Virus record (IMG/VR): IMGVR_UViG_3300027741_000002
Span: 32,001 to 96,000 of that record
DNA: 64,000 nucleotides
Source of the DNA: a virus
Direction: 5' to 3' (one strand)
Numbering within the stretch: position 1 is the first letter of the stretch; the number at the start of each line of letters is the position of its first letter. The translations under genes and the position numbers were made by a program. The notes beneath the pieces were generated by a model that was given only the letters and a program-made list of their open reading frames with translations, had not been told where the DNA came from and did not search any database. Below, piece after piece: positions 1 to 9,226 of the stretch.

Positions 1-1180
1 GAAACTCTACCTGATCTAAATCTGAGGTAACAATGACGTGGTCATCATCCTTAGGAATAAACGCACGGCGGACAACGTCGTCGCCCTTAGGCAATGTCTG
101 TAGCGCTGGGTTTTGGATAGACATGCGAGACGTGCGAGCGCCAAGCGTTTTTACAGATGGGTGCACAAATCCATTAACGTTATCATTAAGGAAGTTAGCA
201 AAGTATGTGTTAGCAAGTTTATCTGCCTTACGTTGCTTTAACACAATCTCGGCTAAAGCCTTTACCTCGTCATTGCCTTCAATGGTAAGCAGCTTAAGTT
301 GATCTTTTGAAGCTGATTTTTGTCCTGAAGGCGTAAATTCGTTAATCTCTGCGCCAAGTGATTCTAGCAAGCGCACTAGTTGAAGGTTACTGCCGATAGA
401 GACGCCGTTGTATTTTTCTTTAGCCCAAGTCTTAACTGAGCCTGCGTACTCTGTTAGCTCATCAAACTTCTTTTTAGAGTAATCAAGGTCGATACGTGCG
501 CCGTTAATTTCCATACGGGTAACAATGCGACGTGTTGCCATTTCTAGCTCGTATGCCTGGTTGTACACACCGCCAGGGCCACATTTTTCATAAAACTTTT
601 CCCATAAGCGCATAGTCAAGATGCAGTCTAAGGCGCCGTATGCCCAGTAAGGCTGAAAGTTAGTAGGAACAGTTCCCCACGTCCAGCCGTTAGTTGCTAG
701 CTCTGTATCTAATGTATCCTGCAATGCAACCGCACGCCCATCGACATATAAAGCTGCAAGACGTTTTAATGCGCCAACACCAAGTGGATCAATGATGTGT
801 GCCATAATCATAGTGTCGTGCGCACGGTGCCAAGGCAATTTCCAACGTGATTGAATGTCAAACCATCGTGCCTCGAACGCAATGTTATGACAAACGATTT
901 GTCCATCAAACTTATCCATAGCTTGATAGAACGCGCCAGCCCACTCGTCCCACGCCATTGCCCATGCCTGTTGCCCATCGCCAACCTGCACTAAACGTAA
1001 GCGTCCATGCCAAGGAGATAAAGCGTCCTTACGATCTTGTCCTGGATACTCTCCAGTTTCAGTATCAATCGCAATCGCATCGTGAGGACGTCGCTCACCA
1101 AGCCAGGTTAGAAACTCGCCTGCCTTTTCAACGCTATCTACGAGGTGAAGTTGTACGTCACCTAATCCTTCAACTGTCAT
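1..1180 (-). CDS. polA: DNA polymerase I family (PolA) with 3'-5' exonuclease; partial, runs off the left edge
   Basis: Not in the ORF track. Manual translation from ATG 1180: MTVEGLGDVQLHLVD...AIDTETG (ExoI), HNIAFEARWF, HDTMIMAHII, YGALDC (ExoIII), GARTSRMS..PALQTLP, RRAFIP...SDLDQVEF (motif A). Confidence 0.93.
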   Translation of the reverse strand, partial: MTVEGLGDVQLHLVDSVEKAGEFLTWLGERRPHDAIAIDTETGEYPGQDRKDALSPWHGRLRLVQVGDGQQAWAMAWDEWAGAFYQAMDKFDGQIVCHNIAFEARWFDIQSRWKLPWHRAHDTMIMAHIIDPLGVGALKRLAALYVDGRAVALQDTLDTELATNGWTWGTVPTNFQPYWAYGALDCILTMRLWEKFYEKCGPGGVYNQAYELEMATRRIVTRMEINGARIDLDYSKKKFDELTEYAGSVKTWAKEKYNGVSIGSNLQLVRLLESLGAEINEFTPSGQKSASKDQLKLLTIEGNDEVKALAEIVLKQRKADKLANTYFANFLNDNVNGFVHPSVKTLGARTSRMSIQNPALQTLPKGDDVVRRAFIPKDDDHVIVTSDLDQVEF

Positions 1181-1649
1181 TTACGTCCTCTGTTATTACT
1201 ACCTCGATGTTGCATTTCTTAAAATAATCTACAGTTGCATCCGGCAAACGATGAGCCGACCGCTCTCCAATACGCATAACGACACGAGTAATTCCAGAGT
1301 TAGAGATTAACTTAGCGCACTGATAGCATGCTGCATCTGTTATGTATATGGTACCACCTTCTACGCGAGAACGGTCAACGTATAACAACGCGTTAGACTC
1401 CGCGTGAATCGACGGGCACGAATCATATGTGTTATCGAGTGCAGTTACGCCTTGCGCGCGGGGGCACCAGTCTATACAGTCTCCTTCAACGGGAAACAAA
1501 GCTGCAGGGCCATTGTACCCAGTCGAGCTTATACGTTGGTCCTTAGACACAACAACAGCTCCAATGTGAGCACGACTGCAGCGAGATCTTTGCGCGATTG
1601 CATCTGCAACCTGCATCCAGACCTCGTCCCAAGAAGGGCGATTACTCAT
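1170..1649 (-). CDS. dCMP/deoxycytidylate deaminase
   Basis: RSRCSRAHIGAVVV, STGYNG, HAESNAL and CYQC zinc motifs. Confidence 0.9.
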   Translation of the reverse strand: MSNRPSWDEVWMQVADAIAQRSRCSRAHIGAVVVSKDQRISSTGYNGPAALFPVEGDCIDWCPRAQGVTALDNTYDSCPSIHAESNALLYVDRSRVEGGTIYITDAACYQCAKLISNSGITRVVMRIGERSAHRLPDATVDYFKKCNIEVVITEDVNDS

Positions 1650-1809
1650 CTATTTCCTTAAAAAGCGATGTTGTAAGAATTTTTGACACTAAGTGTAGTG
1701 CCTCCTTCTTGCTAAAACCCGCGGACTTAAGCTCAATGTACATCTCGTGCAATTGAACTGTTGCCTCTCGAAGCGGACTTTGATCAAACCCCTCTAGTTC
1801 CTTACTCAC
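1642..1809 (-). CDS. small hypothetical protein
   Basis: Probable GTG start at 1809 after AAAGGAGA; overlaps both neighbours. Confidence 0.6.
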   Translation of the reverse strand: MSKELEGFDQSPLREATVQLHEMYIELKSAGFSKKEALHLVSKILTTSLFKEIDE

Positions 1810-2845
1810 TGCGTTCTCCTTTCTGGTTTGCCCATAGCCGATCACATTTGTTTATATATTTATTTGTAATTGAGACTGCAAACTCTATTGCCTCAGATGA
1901 TATTCTGTACATCACATTATGGTGTTCTGGAGCAAGTATTTTCCCCCAGTAAGGAACCAGCTTATCAACTAGAGGCTTAAAGCTGTCAGAGAACGAGTTG
2001 TCACGAACAAGAAGAGGGTTGTCATCTCCAGGCTTCATCTGAAGTCTATCCCACATCTGTGCGATATCTTCTTCTGGTGTTATTGTTTTTGCGAATACTC
2101 TATTTGCAAAGTTGTTGTTAATTCTTTCGTGTACTTCCTTACGCGCCTTAAACCTCTTAAGACTTGTGTAAGGTAGATGACATATTAACCAATCTTCCTT
2201 ATTAGACGCGGCAACAGTTGTATCCCATAACTCCCAGAACTTGCCGTCGCCATATTTAAGTTGATGCTGTCCTGCATCAACAAAGTCACCGGAGTTGTTT
2301 TTTACCAGGATCTTTGAGGGAACCCTAAACTCGTGAAGAAGTTTCTCGTTTCTCTTAACCTGCTCGTGGAACTCGTCACGATCTCCTACGTGATTTACAG
2401 ACGTCACATAGTGATCTACAAGCTGGTAATCATCTAGTCTAGTGTCAATAAATCCTGCAGGTACTATGTAGTTTTCTAGCTGCATAGCTATGGCATTCCA
2501 TTTTTCACCTAGATTAGATAAAAGATCCTCTATATCTTTGTCGGTAGGGCTAACTAAAAACTCGTCCGCGTCGAAGATAAAGTTCCAGTCAGGATTTTCT
2601 TGATTACTGATATGTAGAAGAATATTAGTTAAGGCTTCCTGGTCAAATAGGTTATCCTCATATCTAAATACCTCTATCTGATCCGGCCAAACCTTTTGCA
2701 GCTCGGCAAGACCATTTTTTGTGTCGTCGGTGCTGGAGTGGTCAATAACAAAAACTTTATCAACATGGTAAAAAAGCGCATGTGAGATAGAGAGACCCAA
2801 CAAAGGCCACTCGTTTCTTGCTACGACTACTCCATGAATTTTCAT
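1802..2845 (-). CDS. glycosyltransferase, GT-A/family 2-like
   Basis: VVVARNE, IDHSSTDDT, DxD motif WNFIFDADEFL, GQH, ICHLPY. Confidence 0.8.
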   Translation of the reverse strand: MKIHGVVVARNEWPLLGLSISHALFYHVDKVFVIDHSSTDDTKNGLAELQKVWPDQIEVFRYEDNLFDQEALTNILLHISNQENPDWNFIFDADEFLVSPTDKDIEDLLSNLGEKWNAIAMQLENYIVPAGFIDTRLDDYQLVDHYVTSVNHVGDRDEFHEQVKRNEKLLHEFRVPSKILVKNNSGDFVDAGQHQLKYGDGKFWELWDTTVAASNKEDWLICHLPYTSLKRFKARKEVHERINNNFANRVFAKTITPEEDIAQMWDRLQMKPGDDNPLLVRDNSFSDSFKPLVDKLVPYWGKILAPEHHNVMYRISSEAIEFAVSITNKYINKCDRLWANQKGERSE

Positions 2846-3693
2846 TTTTTATTGACTGCCTTAATCATGGCGTTTGCATACCACTGCTCGAAATGGTGAA
2901 GGCCGTACAGAAGAGCTTTTTCCTCGTGATGAATTGCTGCAGTTAGTGCGTCCATGGCAAAGTTTGAAACTTCTCCCCAAGAGTTGCCCACTATCGCAGG
3001 GATCTTTTCGTACGGAACGTACGTATGCTTTAGACTTTCTGCAGAGTCGTAGTGTTGCTCGTAGATATGAAGAGATCCGACGTGATGGTGATACGTTCCT
3101 GGCTCGATGCCCAGGATAGATGCTATAGCAAGTTGAACGCGGGTAAACTGGAAGAAGTCATACGCCGCTCCTAGCCATACGTCATTTGAACGCATGTACA
3201 CGCTCATGTTAAGTTTGTTGTTGCGAATTCTAAATTGATGCAGGATAGTGCACGGGTAATCTCGCTTATTTGCAAGAAGATCTAGCTCCGGATTCCAAAT
3301 CGTAACGACCGCCTGTCGTGTATCTGGGTCTGCCTTAAGTCTTTCAACTATAGGAGCATACTGTGACTGTGTGCGAATTCCATATGCTCCGTGAAATAGT
3401 CCGTTGTCCTCGGTATAGTTAGCAAACTGTGGGCCGATGGCAATAACAAGTTTAGGTGTGCTTGCACCTGCGATAAGCTGGCAAGCCTCAACCGCACCGA
3501 TACCTGGAACAGTTCCACGTCCTACACCTAAAGGTAAGGTGTTATACACGTCTTCAATGCGAATAATCGCATCCTCAATCTCGCGGGTCTTCATACCGCG
3601 AGGAGCTGCCTCCTTGCCATACTTAAGAACGTGCTGAACAAGGTCAACGTATCCGTTAACTCCGTCAGGTATATTGATTATCGCAGTATCCAT
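2842..3693 (-). CDS. thymidylate synthase-fold enzyme, probably dCMP-specific (hydroxy)methyltransferase
   Basis: APRG, GAYG, DTRQAV, catalytic YPCT, MRSNDVWLGAAYD, GSLHIYE; Asp at the position of E. coli ThyA Asn177. Confidence 0.85.
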   Translation of the reverse strand: MDTAIINIPDGVNGYVDLVQHVLKYGKEAAPRGMKTREIEDAIIRIEDVYNTLPLGVGRGTVPGIGAVEACQLIAGASTPKLVIAIGPQFANYTEDNGLFHGAYGIRTQSQYAPIVERLKADPDTRQAVVTIWNPELDLLANKRDYPCTILHQFRIRNNKLNMSVYMRSNDVWLGAAYDFFQFTRVQLAIASILGIEPGTYHHHVGSLHIYEQHYDSAESLKHTYVPYEKIPAIVGNSWGEVSNFAMDALTAAIHHEEKALLYGLHHFEQWYANAMIKAVNKK

Positions 3694-4694
3694 TGATCAT
3701 CCCTATCTTTTTTGTTAGATAAACGTGTAATAGCTTCGCCGTACTCTTCTTTTCTTGAGTTAAAGAACCGTCGCACATATTGCGGGTGAGATGTAACGGT
3801 ATACATGTAGTCTGGAATGTTTGCGTTACGTAACCCGCGCTCTGCAAGACGCCCTAGTGCAAGTATAGGAGGTCTGCGTAGAGTAGCCCACAGATCATCA
3901 AAACGCTCTGCGGACATGTCATTGATGTTGACAATACCCATCGTCTTCCATGCGTCAGACTCTAGCGCGGTAAGTAGAAATTCGCCAGAGTTTCCATCAA
4001 CAGGCATAAATGGCAGGATAGTTTCCTCGCCGTATTTCTTAGTGATGTTTCTTGTATCTCCTACAAGTAACACGCGTGGAAATCTTTGTCCGATGTACTC
4101 TGGAAATTTTACCAGTGCCCTTGCGTCCTCCTGAAATACCTCGGCGCGACTGATTACATGCGAGGCAAGTTTTGGTATCTCTTCAATTGAATCAGGGGAG
4201 GGTGTTAGACGCGCGGCAAGTCCTGCAGAGTTTGCAGCAGCGGTATGATACAGCTCTAAGATTTGTTCGAGCTCATTTGCCTGTATGTAATCGTCACCGC
4301 GAGTGTTAAGACGACGAGTAATAACATCAAGAGGTTGATACAACCAAAATTGAGCTACACCGCGGGATTTAAGAAAGAGCTCTGTCCAACGCCACCCTGC
4401 AACACCAAGTAAACCGTATCCGTCGCCAGAACCAGTCTCAGGACGTTTAACAGCGGCATATGTTACCTCGCCCCAGTGCCAACGGTCTGCAACCGCAATA
4501 CGTTGAGACCAATCTACCTTTTCAATAGACGTAACGTAGTCGTATAAAACCCATCGACGCGACATCTCTTCTGGCTTAGACTTATGGTAGAACTCGATTT
4601 CCTGCTTAGGAAATTTGTCAGTAAGTTGTTTTTGTATCTCAGACACAAGGGTAGATTTACCTGAGGCGTCTGTACCTTCAACTACTATAAACAT
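3678..4694 (-). CDS. dNMP (thymidylate-type) kinase fused to a C-terminal UDG-like domain
   Basis: P-loop VEGTDASGKST, ADRWHWGE, LNTRGD; C-terminal VLLVGD..PF..SGEFL..ILALGRLA..HPQY resembles the uracil-DNA glycosylase superfamily. Confidence 0.75.
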   Translation of the reverse strand: MFIVVEGTDASGKSTLVSEIQKQLTDKFPKQEIEFYHKSKPEEMSRRWVLYDYVTSIEKVDWSQRIAVADRWHWGEVTYAAVKRPETGSGDGYGLLGVAGWRWTELFLKSRGVAQFWLYQPLDVITRRLNTRGDDYIQANELEQILELYHTAAANSAGLAARLTPSPDSIEEIPKLASHVISRAEVFQEDARALVKFPEYIGQRFPRVLLVGDTRNITKKYGEETILPFMPVDGNSGEFLLTALESDAWKTMGIVNINDMSAERFDDLWATLRRPPILALGRLAERGLRNANIPDYMYTVTSHPQYVRRFFNSRKEEYGEAITRLSNKKDRDDQWILR

Positions 4695-4741
4695 TCACTA
4701 CGTCCTTTGTCTCTAAGAAAATTATAACACTAAATAGTTGT

Positions 4742-5212
4742 TTAAGGAATAAGCTCTATCCTATACACCGACTCAATTCCACGGTCAATATCAGACGCGT
4801 CCTCTAAAAGTCTCTGGGCAACATTGGTAAGGTATCGTGCGCCGCCTTGGTCGTATTTATATAACGCATCTAAGACAGGAGTTGGCTCCTCGGATACCTG
4901 TGCCCAATAGCGATGCTTCTCCGGAAAGATAATCGCAACACTACGTGTAGGACGACACTCCTCGCAGGGAAGAGAATCATCTACCAACGTAGAGATAGGC
5001 ATTTCCGTAAGAGCGTATCTTTTTACCAACGGGCATGCAGCTCCGTGGAAGATTAGGGATATGCCTATACGAGAAAGAATATACGAGCCGTTATCCGTTT
5101 TATATAGCTTAAACTCGATCCAGCGATACGTCCCTGGTCGCCAGGAAGATGATTCAGCAAGAAGCTTACCGCTAAACTGCAGCGTGCGTGACCCATCTTT
5201 TACTTCATGCAC
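4742..5212 (-). CDS. hypothetical protein, possible Zn-binding (H/C..CEEC)
   Basis: 156 aa ORF in operon context. Confidence 0.7.
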   Translation of the reverse strand: MHEVKDGSRTLQFSGKLLAESSSWRPGTYRWIEFKLYKTDNGSYILSRIGISLIFHGAACPLVKRYALTEMPISTLVDDSLPCEECRPTRSVAIIFPEKHRYWAQVSEEPTPVLDALYKYDQGGARYLTNVAQRLLEDASDIDRGIESVYRIELIP

Positions 5213-5390
5213 TAGTTATCTCTTCTCGTCGTTCGTCTTGTGTTTGATTAACTATATCATTAACGTTCATTATTTGCGTTAAATCTGCACGCAAAGATGC
5301 GATAGTTCCTTCGTACTGCGAGGTGATCTCGCCGATACGCTGTTGAAGTGCAATAATCATAAGTTCGTGTTTTGTCTTTGGCGTCTCCAT
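5205..5390 (-). CDS. small coiled-coil protein
   Basis: 61 aa ORF, heptad pattern, overlaps next gene. Confidence 0.65.
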   Translation of the reverse strand: METPKTKHELMIIALQQRIGEITSQYEGTIASLRADLTQIMNVNDIVNQTQDERREEITSA

Positions 5391-5399
5391 GGAGGTATA

Positions 5400-5624
5400 T
5401 TACTCTGACTCTATGGATGTGTATTGAGCCTCGAGCGCGGCTATTTGAACATTGTAGTTCCCAATTACCTTGTTTGCACTGGCCACTATTGAGGCTTCAG
5501 GTGCATCTAGGGCATTTTGCTCGATAAGGTTTAACTCGGCGTTAAACTTATCAACTTTTATTCCTCGAATACGAGAAGCAACTATAGTTAATTTTTGCTC
5601 CTTAGTTATATCTTTATCTGACAT
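5400..5624 (-). CDS. small coiled-coil protein downstream of tail fibre (paralog of 5668-5889)
   Basis: MSD..QKLTIV..EL...IGNYNVQIAALE matches its neighbour. Confidence 0.7.
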   Translation of the reverse strand: MSDKDITKEQKLTIVASRIRGIKVDKFNAELNLIEQNALDAPEASIVASANKVIGNYNVQIAALEAQYTSIESE

Positions 5625-5667
5625 TTTCTTCCATTTCTATTGTAGTTATTTATTTTATTTTTAGTAT

Positions 5668-5889
5668 TTATACTGCCAAATTAGACTTTAAAGATTCTAA
5701 AGTGCTAATCTGTAAGCTGTAATCTCCGATTATTCTAGTTATATTCGTGTGTATTTCATTATCTACACTTCCTATAGTCTCTAACTCTACTTTTCTGAGT
5801 TCATGACTGTACTGCTCAGCCTTAAGTTCCATAATATGGGCGTTAATTATTGCTATTTTTTGATCATTATTAAGTTCTATATCTGACAC
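5668..5889 (-). CDS. small coiled-coil protein downstream of tail fibre
   Basis: RBS AAAGGAG; MSD..QKIAII..EL...IGDYSLQISTLE. Confidence 0.7.
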   Translation of the reverse strand: MSDIELNNDQKIAIINAHIMELKAEQYSHELRKVELETIGSVDNEIHTNITRIIGDYSLQISTLESLKSNLAV

Positions 5890-5938
5890 GATTGCTCCTT
5901 TTCTTTTTTATATTCTCTAGTATATGGTGTAGTTGTTA

Positions 5939-7822
5939 TTATACGCTTTGTGAGAATCCAGATGTGTATGTTTGTCCATTAGTTCCTAATATTGTTGCTT
6001 GGTAGCTTCCCCACCTGCTAGCGGTAGTTGTTGGAGTATCTCCGTCTGTTGTTCCTATTCTATAGTTCCACGGTATACCGTTAATATTTCTAGAGCTAGT
6101 TGTATAGGACCTAGTGCCACTTGCAATGATAGTTCCAGTAGAGCTTCCAGAACGAATTCTCCACGGGTAGCTAGGGTTTCCAGACGTACTTCCACTCCAA
6201 TAGGCGTTATCCCATCCCCAGTTAAACGTAGATCCAGACCTAAAGAAATACGGAGGATTAGTGTTTAATGATATAGACGGTGTAACAAAAGAGGACGCGG
6301 TAATAAATCCGACGCTAGCACTTGCCGTGTCATTAGTGATAGACGTTAAAGTCACCGTAATATTGTAAAAAGTACTTGCAGATAGACCGCCTAAAGATAC
6401 TGACGTGGCAGTAGTACCGGTTAAAAATACCGGCCCTCCGCTTATGCTATATGTGTCTTGATTTGTAGATGACCAAGAAATTGTTGCGCTACTAGTTGTT
6501 ATTGAAGTTGCATTAAGTCCGCTTATAGTAGGAATAATTGGTGCCTGAGTTACAGTAAAAGAGAATGGAGAACTCCAATCACTAAATGTTGAACTAGGAA
6601 CGGTATCACCACTAGGAACGGTGCTTCCATCATTTACAGCAACAGATCTGACATACGCATACCAAGTGCCAGCGCTAGTAGGTCCAGAACTATCTGTTAC
6701 AGGACTAGATGCCCCAAAACCGTCTGGTGTAAATGAAGGACTTGGTGTTGATGTAGTAGATTGCCACCAAATTTGATAGTAAGGTCCCGAGCCACCAGAA
6801 AAATAAACGGATACAGGCTGTGAATTAGAGTTTCCAGCGGACACAAAAGAAATACTTGGAGGAGTCAGTACGGACGTAGTAGAAAATGTAACACTTCCAT
6901 AGTTAATTCCAGTAAAATAGTAGTTGTTTGCTCTCACTAAAACCGTGTACGAGGTGCCACCTGAGAGACCGGTAATATTGGCAGAGGTGTTTGCTCCTGT
7001 AGATGTCCAGCTTGCTCCTCCGTTTGTAGAGTAGTCATAGCTTTGAATCGCGGACATTCCTGTACTTTCTCTAACAGGAGCTGTCCAAGACACAGTGGCA
7101 GAAGTTCCGGTAATGCTAGAAGCGGTAACTGAGGTTGGTGCCTGGGAAGATGAACCTTGATCTGCAAGTACACTAAAGTATCCGTCATCGTTAGATCCGG
7201 AGGTAACAGACGACGAGGCAAGCCACACCGGATGAGTTGACGTACCAAACTCTGTAAACGATGTAGCAAATGCATTTGTAGTTCCAAAATAAACCCTATA
7301 CTCCGCACCGACAGTTCTGCTGGTAGTAATCGTACTATTGCCAGTTCGTGAGCCGTCAATATAGTATGCGGTGGCAGCGTATGTGGAAGAAGGAAAAGAA
7401 ACTAATTTAATTAACGCATAGTCTTGTCCGTTAATAAAATGAACCTCGTACTGGATTTCAAAATCAGTCCCGCCTGAGAAACGTTTTCCACGCCAAAAAA
7501 CGTAAAATCTTGTGTCACTTGAGGCCCAACGTACAGAGTTCATCACGAGGTCCGCTGGAAGTATGCCTAGTACACGACCTACAGTATCTGATATACTTAT
7601 AGCAGACTGTCCCGAATCAAGTGCGATATAGCCGTTTGTTCCAATATGCAACGTGCTCCCGAAAGAGAAAGTGCTGGACAGCCCAGTTCCTGGCCAAACT
7701 TGAGTCCAACCTGTTGTTTTTTTAATATAAGCTGCAGAGGCAGAAACCCAGCCGGTAGTTTTCTTAAAGTGTACACCTGTGGCAGCGACCCAACCGGTGG
7801 TTTTCTTAAAGTGTACTGTCAT
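5939..7822 (-). CDS. tail fibre / receptor-binding protein with fibronectin type III domains
   Basis: Ser/Thr/Gly-rich; Fn3 signatures SATVSWTAP..ITGLSGGTSYTVLVRA and SATISWS..GLSASTFY; N-terminal triple KKTTGW repeat. Confidence 0.8.
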   Translation of the reverse strand: MTVHFKKTTGWVAATGVHFKKTTGWVSASAAYIKKTTGWTQVWPGTGLSSTFSFGSTLHIGTNGYIALDSGQSAISISDTVGRVLGILPADLVMNSVRWASSDTRFYVFWRGKRFSGGTDFEIQYEVHFINGQDYALIKLVSFPSSTYAATAYYIDGSRTGNSTITTSRTVGAEYRVYFGTTNAFATSFTEFGTSTHPVWLASSSVTSGSNDDGYFSVLADQGSSSQAPTSVTASSITGTSATVSWTAPVRESTGMSAIQSYDYSTNGGASWTSTGANTSANITGLSGGTSYTVLVRANNYYFTGINYGSVTFSTTSVLTPPSISFVSAGNSNSQPVSVYFSGGSGPYYQIWWQSTTSTPSPSFTPDGFGASSPVTDSSGPTSAGTWYAYVRSVAVNDGSTVPSGDTVPSSTFSDWSSPFSFTVTQAPIIPTISGLNATSITTSSATISWSSTNQDTYSISGGPVFLTGTTATSVSLGGLSASTFYNITVTLTSITNDTASASVGFITASSFVTPSISLNTNPPYFFRSGSTFNWGWDNAYWSGSTSGNPSYPWRIRSGSSTGTIIASGTRSYTTSSRNINGIPWNYRIGTTDGDTPTTTASRWGSYQATILGTNGQTYTSGFSQSV

Positions 7823-7831
7823 AGTGTATAA

Positions 7832-9226
7832 CTACCCTCTAAGCCAAACGTCACCGGCAACACCGTCGTATACCGTAGGAGCAGCGGTATTAAAATATAT
7901 ATTTCTTATAGATACAGAATTGTTTGATGAATCTGAGCTATAGTTACCAAACTGATATAGTTGAAATGTCCCTGGTGAAACTCCAGTACCTAATTGAATT
8001 GACATATTAGTTGCGCCAATCTCCATGTATGACGTGCCACTTGTGCCTTGATTCATTTTTATAAATGGATATGAAGCAAAAATACCGTAGGTTGTTGCCG
8101 CTGGCCTCATAAAAAGACTTGCAGTTTCTACAAGGGTGTCTTGAAGTGTTATAGACTCTATGCCGTTAGATATTTCTCCAGGATTTGGAAATGAAGCGGA
8201 GGAAGAATAGAAGCTAATTGTATTTGCTTGACTAGACGACATCACTATTCTGTCAGTGCTTCCGCTTGTACTTAAGTTTAGTGATCCTCCATTGATCGTT
8301 CCTCCGTTAATGGTTGGCGATGTAATGGATACTGATGCCATAACTGTGCCTGCAGTAATTTGATTTGCGTTAATCTGACCTGTATAAATTGTTCCCGTGC
8401 GGAGAGTGCCTGCGGTTAGAACATTTACGTCAAGCGTGTTTGCTTGGATGCGACTGGCGGATATAAAACCTGATGTAATTTTTGCCGCGTCAAGATTAGC
8501 AATCACAGCGTTAGCAAGAGTGTTAGCTACCCAGGCGGTTCCATTGAATGTGTACTGAGCTAGCACCTCTGAGGCGACATCTGTGCTCGCCATCTTCCAC
8601 CAAAGATCACCATTTTTATATGCTATGCCTCCGCTGTCAGAGGTGCCAGATGCGTCTGCAGTAGAACGAATAATTCTATTTTTACCATTAGCTGTATTTG
8701 TAGCGGCAGTTGCTGCCTGCGCTGCCGCAGTAATTGCGGTGTCTTGAATATTAGTCCAAGCGGTGCCGCTCCACACATACAACTTGTTGCCGTCATCCGT
8801 GTCGTACCAGATGTCGTTTGTCTTTAGACTTGCGCCAGAAGGTGCGGTAGTCTGTGCATATATTGTATTTTTTCCATCAGCGGTTAGCTGAGCGTTTGCA
8901 TCTGTGACAGGGACAAAATCATTAAGTGTTGCACTGTACACATTTGTTGCACCGTCATCTGGATTTACCCAGGTAAAACCTTCTTTTAGATATTCTGTTG
9001 GCTGCGTTGGTGAGACAACGGTAGTGCCAAACGCTGCCTCGTTAGGAGTAATAGCATCAGCTGCAACTGTTTTTGTAGTTACCGCGCGAAAGCCAAGTTT
9101 CTCAGTTGTTACAACGTTTGCTTTAAGACGTTTTGGTGAAGGATTTTTTTCAATCTTTCTAACACGACTTTCAACGCTAACTATAATCTTGCCGATTCCT
9201 TGACGGCGTCTTCTTCTACTGACCAC
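7832..9226 (-). CDS. minor tail protein
   Basis: DIWYDTDDGNKLYVWSGTAW, IANLDAAKITSG, INANQITAG repeats and C-terminal GDVWL typical of tail spike/fibre adaptors; GTG start at 9226 inferred. Confidence 0.8.
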   Translation of the reverse strand: MVSRRRRRQGIGKIIVSVESRVRKIEKNPSPKRLKANVVTTEKLGFRAVTTKTVAADAITPNEAAFGTTVVSPTQPTEYLKEGFTWVNPDDGATNVYSATLNDFVPVTDANAQLTADGKNTIYAQTTAPSGASLKTNDIWYDTDDGNKLYVWSGTAWTNIQDTAITAAAQAATAATNTANGKNRIIRSTADASGTSDSGGIAYKNGDLWWKMASTDVASEVLAQYTFNGTAWVANTLANAVIANLDAAKITSGFISASRIQANTLDVNVLTAGTLRTGTIYTGQINANQITAGTVMASVSITSPTINGGTINGGSLNLSTSGSTDRIVMSSSQANTISFYSSSASFPNPGEISNGIESITLQDTLVETASLFMRPAATTYGIFASYPFIKMNQGTSGTSYMEIGATNMSIQLGTGVSPGTFQLYQFGNYSSDSSNNSVSIRNIYFNTAAPTVYDGVAGDVWLRG

